52,835 nt of DNA from a virus (Duplodnaviria > Caudoviricetes): positions 1-52,835 of IMG/VR virus record IMGVR_UViG_3300001683_001688, one strand, 5' to 3'. The notes beneath the pieces were generated by a model that was not told the origin of the DNA, made no database searches, and saw nothing but the letters and a program-made list of their open reading frames with translations. A program made the translations under genes and the position numbers. Below are positions 46,634 through 52,835 of the stretch, one piece after another. Each line of letters opens with the position of its first letter. Positions within the stretch are counted from its first letter, which is position 1.

Positions 46634-46675
46634 GTCAATAGAGAGAAGCGACATAATTATATCCAGGTAGGAATT

Positions 46676-47986
46676 ATGAATTCTTCTGAGAGACTTTTAG
46701 TAGAGGCTATAAATCAAAGTATATGTGTGCTAGACGAGAAGAGACAACACGAGTATGGTTCCCAAAAGCACCTCGATGAACTTGATAATCTAATAGGGGA
46801 TATTAGAGATCTTAAAGATTCATTAAGGAAAGGTCCAGACAGATTTAAGCATAGAAAAGAGATGCACAGGCTTCAAGATGCTATCGGAGCGATTCGCTAT
46901 CTCAAAAGTGTAGCAAAGAGATCTGGAATTAATAACGGTCTACTTGCTGAGGGTGGATTAAAGGCACCAGAGCTAACTGGAGATGTGATACTTGATCCTC
47001 AAACTGCAGAGGCGGCAGTTGACTCATACATTAGCGTAATTGAAATGTGGAATTCTCAACATCTTTCTCAGGCTGGTTTAGATCCAGTAACGCCGGTTAG
47101 GGCAGTTGGATCAACGTCGTATTATGACATCGACTCTCCTGAAGAAGTTTACGGCGATGTCGATTATCTTGTCTCGTTTCCAGTTGAAGTAGAAGAAAAC
47201 TCAACAGAGAAAGAGATTAGGGACGCAGAGAATAGAGTTAAAAGAGAATACGAGAAGGAATTTGTAAAATTTTTGAGAACATCGCGAGAGGTTCAACAAT
47301 ATGCAAATGTTGATGCGACGCTTAGAAGCTCTCCTCTTCTTGTTATAGTAAAGCTACCTGATGGTGGATACGTCCAGGTTGATACAATTGTTACGTTCTC
47401 TAGGTTTATACCCAACGAAAGCGGCGAAGAATGGATGCCAGCAAGGTGGACACCAGAGAGAGGCAGAAAGGGATATACTATTGGACATCTATATACAGCT
47501 TTGGGCGGCTATTTTAATATGTCTATTGGTGATAGAGGCGTGCTAGCAAAGACACGAGACGGTAAAAGAGTCCCCTTCTCTCAGAGAAAAGGAACATCTT
47601 TATCTTCTATAAGCAGGAATATTCGCACATTTTTACGAGATATAGCTATTGAGATTGCTGGTGATGATGTTGTTGAGAATGAGTTGCTATTGAGATACCC
47701 TGGAGTTGATCCTGATAATATCACAATAGCAGATCTAGCAAAAGGGATACGCGGTCTGGCTTTAACTCTTGGGGGAGCCGGAGCTATCTCATCTTCTGAC
47801 GAGATGCTAGGGTCAATTCTTAATCTATATGCTGCTGGATTAAAGAAAAATATTGACAGTAAGCTTTCAAGAGGTCTTGATCAAAAGTCCTATGATAAGC
47901 TTAATAAACTTAACAGCACTGTATATACCATCGTAAGTGATGTGTTTTCAGGAGGAGACGTAGATAGTGGATTACTTCATATCTGA
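46676..47986 (+). CDS. Pol-beta-superfamily nucleotidyltransferase with N-terminal helical domain
   Basis: AVGSTSYY...YGDVDYLV (GS..DxD) and third Asp in YVQVDT; domain begins after LLAEGG. Confidence 0.7.
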   Translation: MNSSERLLVEAINQSICVLDEKRQHEYGSQKHLDELDNLIGDIRDLKDSLRKGPDRFKHRKEMHRLQDAIGAIRYLKSVAKRSGINNGLLAEGGLKAPELTGDVILDPQTAEAAVDSYISVIEMWNSQHLSQAGLDPVTPVRAVGSTSYYDIDSPEEVYGDVDYLVSFPVEVEENSTEKEIRDAENRVKREYEKEFVKFLRTSREVQQYANVDATLRSSPLLVIVKLPDGGYVQVDTIVTFSRFIPNESGEEWMPARWTPERGRKGYTIGHLYTALGGYFNMSIGDRGVLAKTRDGKRVPFSQRKGTSLSSISRNIRTFLRDIAIEIAGDDVVENELLLRYPGVDPDNITIADLAKGIRGLALTLGGAGAISSSDEMLGSILNLYAAGLKKNIDSKLSRGLDQKSYDKLNKLNSTVYTIVSDVFSGGDVDSGLLHI

Positions 47987-48620
47987 TATGCACTTTGGCC
48001 ACAAGAAGATTATAGGATATTGTAATCGACCGTGGAAAACTGTTCAGGAGATGAACGATGGTATCGTTAGGAGGTGGAATCATAGCATAACAGACGGAGA
48101 TAGAGTGTTCGTTGTGGGTGATGTTTTCCTCATGGATCCAAAAGATGCCACACCTATCGTCAATTCTCTTAACGGCTATAAGATTTTAATAGCTGGAAAT
48201 CACGATAGAAGCGAAAAGACAATGCTGGCTTGCGGGTTTGATGAGTATCACAGGGAGTATGACTATATGCTTGAAGGATTTGGCCCAGGCCTGCTTAATC
48301 ACTATCCCCTCCCTGACACTGTTATAGTAGATAGAGGCTACAGCTTTATGGTTCACGGTCACATTCACGATCCTCCAATGATAAGAGGATTAAAGATAAA
48401 TGTCGCTGTAGACGTTAATGATTTTAAGCCTGTGTCAGAGTTGAATCTAATGGAGGTGATGCCCCTGCTCACGAATAAGTCTGAACAAGAGGTGTTTGAC
48501 GTTAGCATAGTTGACGGAAGAGTAGAAGCAAAGATACTTATTGATTCAGCTGACTTCTCCGGTGTATCTGATACTGTATACAGAATGCTTAAGCAATATT
48601 ATAAGAAGGGAAAACGATGA
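47967..48620 (+). CDS. calcineurin-like metallophosphoesterase
   Basis: FISDMHFGH, VVGDVF, IAGNHD, NHYP, HGHIH, NVAVD. Confidence 0.88.
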   Translation: MDYFISDMHFGHKKIIGYCNRPWKTVQEMNDGIVRRWNHSITDGDRVFVVGDVFLMDPKDATPIVNSLNGYKILIAGNHDRSEKTMLACGFDEYHREYDYMLEGFGPGLLNHYPLPDTVIVDRGYSFMVHGHIHDPPMIRGLKINVAVDVNDFKPVSELNLMEVMPLLTNKSEQEVFDVSIVDGRVEAKILIDSADFSGVSDTVYRMLKQYYKKGKR

Positions 48621-51472
48621 AGTTAGGATTATACGGCGGAGGATTTAAACCTTTTACAACTGGTCACTTCTCTAAGCTAGCTAACGCTATTAGGGATAAT
48701 GATAAAGTGATTCTCTTTTATGGTCTTCAGGAGAGAAAACTTCCAAAGCTATCTAAGAGAACAGGGAAGCCCCTTAAGTCACAGCAGAAGTTTAGAAAGA
48801 TTGGAGGCTCTGAAAGACTATACACCCCAGAGATCTCTAAGGAGATCTTTGACATCTATGAGTCTGCTATTGAGAGAGAGATCCCGTCTATTGAGATTGA
48901 GTCCACAATGGGAACAACTCCTATGAGAAGGATATTTGAGATCCTAGAGTCATTCGCTGCAGACCCAACATTATATGAGAAGGTTACAGTCTACGGTGGC
49001 TCTGATATGCCAGCACCCTATCTTAGAGAGCTTCATAGATTTGATGATCTTGTTCGCAGTGGAAAAATTCAGTTTGGCGCTGTTGCTCCGGAGTCTATTG
49101 ATGACTATCTTGACGAAGAGAGACTTGCAGCTCTTGTGGGTAGATCAGAGGAAGAGGCAGCAAAGTCACTTGCGAAATACTACTATCCAGACTTTGACCC
49201 AGAGATTGACGAGGTTTCTCAAGACATCTTAGACATGGCAAGAGTTCGAGGGACAGCTGTTCGAGGGCATGCCTCTGGTGAGGCTGGTATCGAAGAAGCA
49301 AAGAGATTTCTACCTCCATTTCTTAACGACGATGAGAAGCAGAGAGTTGTTGACATACTACTTGGGCACACAGAAAATCCAGTAACAGAGTCACGCATAC
49401 GCAGAGCATTAATAAGAGCTTCAGCTAGATTTGCTAGAGAGAGACTCTTGAGGGAGCAGGGAGATAAGATTCAGTCAGTGCCTCCAGGGAGAGAGGCACA
49501 CATATACAATCTCTACGAGGATCTAGCGATGCCATTATCTGACATAGTAGAGATAGCAAGGCTAGCGCTAGATGGAAAGCTTGAGAACTTCCAGGAGAAG
49601 GTTGACGGTCAGAATGTAACTTTCACTGTTCGGGACGGAGTTCTTAGATTCTTCACCAAGATGAGTCTTGTCTCTGATAGAGATCTAGGGAATGCTAGAA
49701 GAAAGATCGGTGAGGGAATGGGGATGGACTTAGCTGTCATCAACGACAAGTATGGGGATAGACCTGGTGTCGCTGCTGCGTTCTCTCTTGGGTATGAGGC
49801 GCTTGAGCCAGTAGCATTACAGTTTCAGGATTCTCTATTTAAAAATGGTGATGTCGTAGTTGTATCAGGCTTGATGACATCTGTGAACCCAAACACTATC
49901 ATCTATGATGCAGACACCTTTAGGTTTATAACGCCAGTCTCTTTAACTGATGACCCAGTAGACCAGGGAGCTTATGATCAGTTCTTGCAGCAGGCAAGAG
50001 CAGCAACGACAGATGCATTCTCAATGGACTCAGTTCCAACAGCAAAGCTTGTTGAGGACCTTGAGACTGATGACGCTGAGATTGAGAGCTTGATGTCACA
50101 GCTTGACTCAGTTGTTAGCGACGTTGGGCTATCAGTTGGGTCTTCTACTGTTGGTGAGTATGTTATTGCAAGTGTTGAAAAGCTTCTTAGAGAAAAGTAC
50201 ACCTTTATCCCGGAGGATCTTGTTCCAGCAGTTGCAAATAGGTTTGCAACCAAGAGGGGTGCAATTGCAAATGCTTTTAAGAAGCACTCTGACACCACGC
50301 CTGAGGATTACGAGCAGCTCAAGAGAATTGACGGAATCAAGGCAGACGTTGTTGCAGAGGCAATAGTTCCTCTTGAGGCAGTGATTCAGAGGCTTGGTGT
50401 CATGGTGATCGATAAGCTTGATCTAGCGCTCACAGCGAGTAATCAGAATGAGCTAAGCATATTTGTGAAAAATGCACGAAGACAATTTGAAAGTGGTGGC
50501 ATCATAGCAGATGAGAAGACTCTTGAGAGAATTAGGATATCGCTAGCGAGGCTCGAGGCTAATGAGGATCTATTCACAAAGGCTACAGAGGGGATAGTGT
50601 TCACCTTCAATGGAAATACTTACAAGCTAACCGGTCTATTCACTCCAATCAACAGGTTGCGTGGTTTCTTTGAATACGGATCAGCCAGGCTGCCCCAGAT
50701 GTACAGTGATGAGATGAATGAGGTTATAATAAGGGCGGCAAGAAGGTTCCTCCAGGAGGGAGGAGACGTCTTTAAAGACAGCTCTGGCGCTCCACTTACA
50801 GTAGAGATTGAGCTAGCTAACGTAGAGCCAACACTTAGAGATTTCTCATCTAAGTTTCTTGAGCCTCTAGACTTGGGAGACTATGGTGCAATAGGTAGCA
50901 CAGGAAAAGCATCGAGATCTGGAGACTTAGATCTTGCAGTTCCAGTCTCAAAGGATGTGTATGACGACAGGAACAAGCTTAAGCTTTATAAGAGGGAGCT
51001 TGTGTCTAATCTGATATCACTGGGTGCACCCGACGCAAAGATCACAGCCTCGAACATATATGTTCTCTTTCCTATATCCGGAGAGACTCAGGCTGGAGAG
51101 TTCGTTCAGATAGATTTAATGCCCACTCCGTGTGTTGGAGACACGTGCTGGCTCATGTCAGGTGTCGGAGACGTTGGTGTTAAGGGAACATATAGAAATC
51201 AGCTACTCAATCTTATAGCTCGAGAGAGAGGTCTTGAGGGTAACCCTCGTGAGAAGGTGACGATAGCTTACCCGGGCGGTCTTCAGATAAAGACACTTCC
51301 TGAGCGAGATAATCGGGGCAATCCCATCGATCCGTCTGATCCAAAGAGCAAGAGGAAGTGGAAGAACGTCGGCCCAAAGATATCTGATCCCGCAACCATA
51401 CTAGGGATGCTAGGTGTTCCCGCTGCACCTGAAGATGTCGAGACGTTTGAAGAGCTTGTTGACGTAATGTGA
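48617..51472 (+). CDS. three-domain protein: HxGH cytidylyltransferase-like + KxDG ligase-like (DUF6267-type) + Pol-beta nucleotidyltransferase
   Basis: YGGGFKPFTTGHF; QEKVDGQN...EGIVF...YKLTGLFTPIN; AIGSTGK...SGDLDLAV...FVQIDLM. Confidence 0.75.
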   Translation: MKLGLYGGGFKPFTTGHFSKLANAIRDNDKVILFYGLQERKLPKLSKRTGKPLKSQQKFRKIGGSERLYTPEISKEIFDIYESAIEREIPSIEIESTMGTTPMRRIFEILESFAADPTLYEKVTVYGGSDMPAPYLRELHRFDDLVRSGKIQFGAVAPESIDDYLDEERLAALVGRSEEEAAKSLAKYYYPDFDPEIDEVSQDILDMARVRGTAVRGHASGEAGIEEAKRFLPPFLNDDEKQRVVDILLGHTENPVTESRIRRALIRASARFARERLLREQGDKIQSVPPGREAHIYNLYEDLAMPLSDIVEIARLALDGKLENFQEKVDGQNVTFTVRDGVLRFFTKMSLVSDRDLGNARRKIGEGMGMDLAVINDKYGDRPGVAAAFSLGYEALEPVALQFQDSLFKNGDVVVVSGLMTSVNPNTIIYDADTFRFITPVSLTDDPVDQGAYDQFLQQARAATTDAFSMDSVPTAKLVEDLETDDAEIESLMSQLDSVVSDVGLSVGSSTVGEYVIASVEKLLREKYTFIPEDLVPAVANRFATKRGAIANAFKKHSDTTPEDYEQLKRIDGIKADVVAEAIVPLEAVIQRLGVMVIDKLDLALTASNQNELSIFVKNARRQFESGGIIADEKTLERIRISLARLEANEDLFTKATEGIVFTFNGNTYKLTGLFTPINRLRGFFEYGSARLPQMYSDEMNEVIIRAARRFLQEGGDVFKDSSGAPLTVEIELANVEPTLRDFSSKFLEPLDLGDYGAIGSTGKASRSGDLDLAVPVSKDVYDDRNKLKLYKRELVSNLISLGAPDAKITASNIYVLFPISGETQAGEFVQIDLMPTPCVGDTCWLMSGVGDVGVKGTYRNQLLNLIARERGLEGNPREKVTIAYPGGLQIKTLPERDNRGNPIDPSDPKSKRKWKNVGPKISDPATILGMLGVPAAPEDVETFEELVDVM

Positions 51473-52806
51473 TTACAGATCCCGATCTCAGCGGATATCT
51501 TCCAAAGTTTGAGGGATATATGCTTCGGCACCTCTCATCTGAAAAGAGTGCAGCCTCTGCACAGAGGGCTGTTGACCACGTCAATGCTGCTATTGCTGGA
51601 AGAAAGGATGGGATTTTAGCAGAGGTTCATCTTAGAAGGGCAGTGAGACAGATATTAGAGGAGTCTCTTGGAAGGTCTGGGTCACAACAAGCTTCAGGCA
51701 TCACAAGAGTCAATTTTACAAATATTGAAACAGAATATTTCTCCAACGCAGCTTCATTTGGGGATGGAAAAGGAGAAGTCTCCGTCGCAATGTCAATTCT
51801 TGGTCTGGGGTTACCCGAAGAAGGAAGACATCCAAACGTCAGGGATCAGATACGCGATGTAAAAGCTCAAAAATCTACTGCTGGTACAATTTTTGGTTCT
51901 CCAGAAGGAGAGGCCGCAGATAAATCTCTTGTGGGAGGATCTACTAGAAGCTATGATCTATTGTTTTCCCAGACGATAGTTGATAATGTCTCAAGAATTC
52001 TTGATATTCCTATTGAATTACATCATGGAGTACCAGTAGGAGCTAGAGTAGAGGTAAAAGAGATAAAAACTGCATTTACACCAACGAAGTCCAGCAAAAA
52101 ATTTAGGCTTGGAACAGAGTCAAGGGCAGCAGTCTTTGGAAGCGCAGCACAAACAGAAGTTACGATTATTTCAAAAGTTTGGCATTGCATAATAAAAGAG
52201 CTGGAGAGGCTTGAAGGGCAAGAAGCAGAAAAAGTAGAACAAGACAATGCTTACCAACAGTTTCCGTATAGAGAAAAATTGAATCAATATGCAATTAGAA
52301 AAGGACTAAGTCAGTCAGATATAGATTTCTTTTTCTCAGGCAATGCACGATATGCAATGATTAAAAATTTGGGGGCCGAAGGTGCGGGCGGCTTGACAGA
52401 AAGAGGTGGAGACATATCTAGAACTGAAAAGACATTGAAGATTTTTAATTTTCTTAAAAGCGTAGATGGCAATCAATCAACGCGCCATTTTTGGTGGCAG
52501 CCAATTATAAGAAGTAGAAGCATGGAATGCGGGCGCTTTCGCGATGTCGTCATAGCATCCCAAGGGCCCAGCGGATTAACATTTCCAAATTATTTGGCAA
52601 GTCTTGATGTATCTAATATTTTGAAAGGGTTTGACTATCTTGCTCTTGTAGACTCCTTAGGGTTCTTTATTTTAAAAGCAGATACAACACTATTTAGTAA
52701 AGCCACTGTTGATGCAGTAACTGATGGCGGAAGGGTTAGAATACAAATTGATCTTTCTGATTATTTTAGCGGAGGGGCTCGAGTTGCGGAGCTAGATAAT
52801 GATTGA
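51469..52806 (+). CDS. hypothetical protein, possible PD-(D/E)xK nuclease
   Basis: GKGEVSV...SYDLLF...RVEVKE pattern after a HLRRAVRQILEE linker. Confidence 0.5.
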   Translation: MITDPDLSGYLPKFEGYMLRHLSSEKSAASAQRAVDHVNAAIAGRKDGILAEVHLRRAVRQILEESLGRSGSQQASGITRVNFTNIETEYFSNAASFGDGKGEVSVAMSILGLGLPEEGRHPNVRDQIRDVKAQKSTAGTIFGSPEGEAADKSLVGGSTRSYDLLFSQTIVDNVSRILDIPIELHHGVPVGARVEVKEIKTAFTPTKSSKKFRLGTESRAAVFGSAAQTEVTIISKVWHCIIKELERLEGQEAEKVEQDNAYQQFPYREKLNQYAIRKGLSQSDIDFFFSGNARYAMIKNLGAEGAGGLTERGGDISRTEKTLKIFNFLKSVDGNQSTRHFWWQPIIRSRSMECGRFRDVVIASQGPSGLTFPNYLASLDVSNILKGFDYLALVDSLGFFILKADTTLFSKATVDAVTDGGRVRIQIDLSDYFSGGARVAELDND

Positions 52807-52835
52807 AGATATAGATCTCTCTATTCCAGAGAGAG

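Noticed and set aside
111-52247. Numerous short minus-strand and nested plus-strand ORFs in the ORF track
   Set aside because: They lie inside well-supported genes and show no motifs or RBS; treated as shadow ORFs. The exception is 25010..25669.
1-52835. Alternative genetic code (TAG/TGA recoding) as in some jumbo phages
   Set aside because: Conserved genes are full length under code 11, and TAG, TGA and TAA all end genes at their expected C-termini.

Overview
This window is a gene-dense, AT-rich segment of a large (jumbo-type) bacteriophage genome, coding almost entirely on the + strand with the standard genetic code. 1-6.9 kb is a replication module (gp32-like SSB, RecA/UvsX, 5'-3' exonuclease, DnaB/gp41 helicase, class II RNR). 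6.9-14 kb is an auxiliary block (tandem sulfotransferases, IscU-Nfu-IscA, ClpP, type II glutamine synthetase, thioesterase, amidase, ThyX, CodA-like amidohydrolase). 14-25 kb holds small, membrane and virion genes, including a CglF-like gliding-motility protein (pointing to a Myxococcota/Bdellovibrionota-type host), two fibre-like proteins and two structured intergenic elements. 26-38.7 kb is a large nucleotide-metabolism region flanking DnaJ and DnaE. 38.7-52.8 kb holds late/virion-type genes ending in a cluster of nucleotidyltransferase, ligase-like, phosphoesterase and nuclease polyproteins. There are two best candidates for an undescribed system. (1) A cytosine-replacement/hypermodification pathway: a dNMP kinase fused to a minimal thymidylate-synthase-fold domain carrying the dCMP-type Asp, a second ThyX paralog with a rewired active site, two MazG/dCTPase-like domains, a HAD nucleotidase, a deoxyribosyltransferase and sugar-nucleotide enzymes. 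(2) Putative capsid-packaged, protease-processed polyproteins carrying three different nucleotidyl-transfer chemistries. All functional calls come from motif recognition by eye; no database searches or counts were run.
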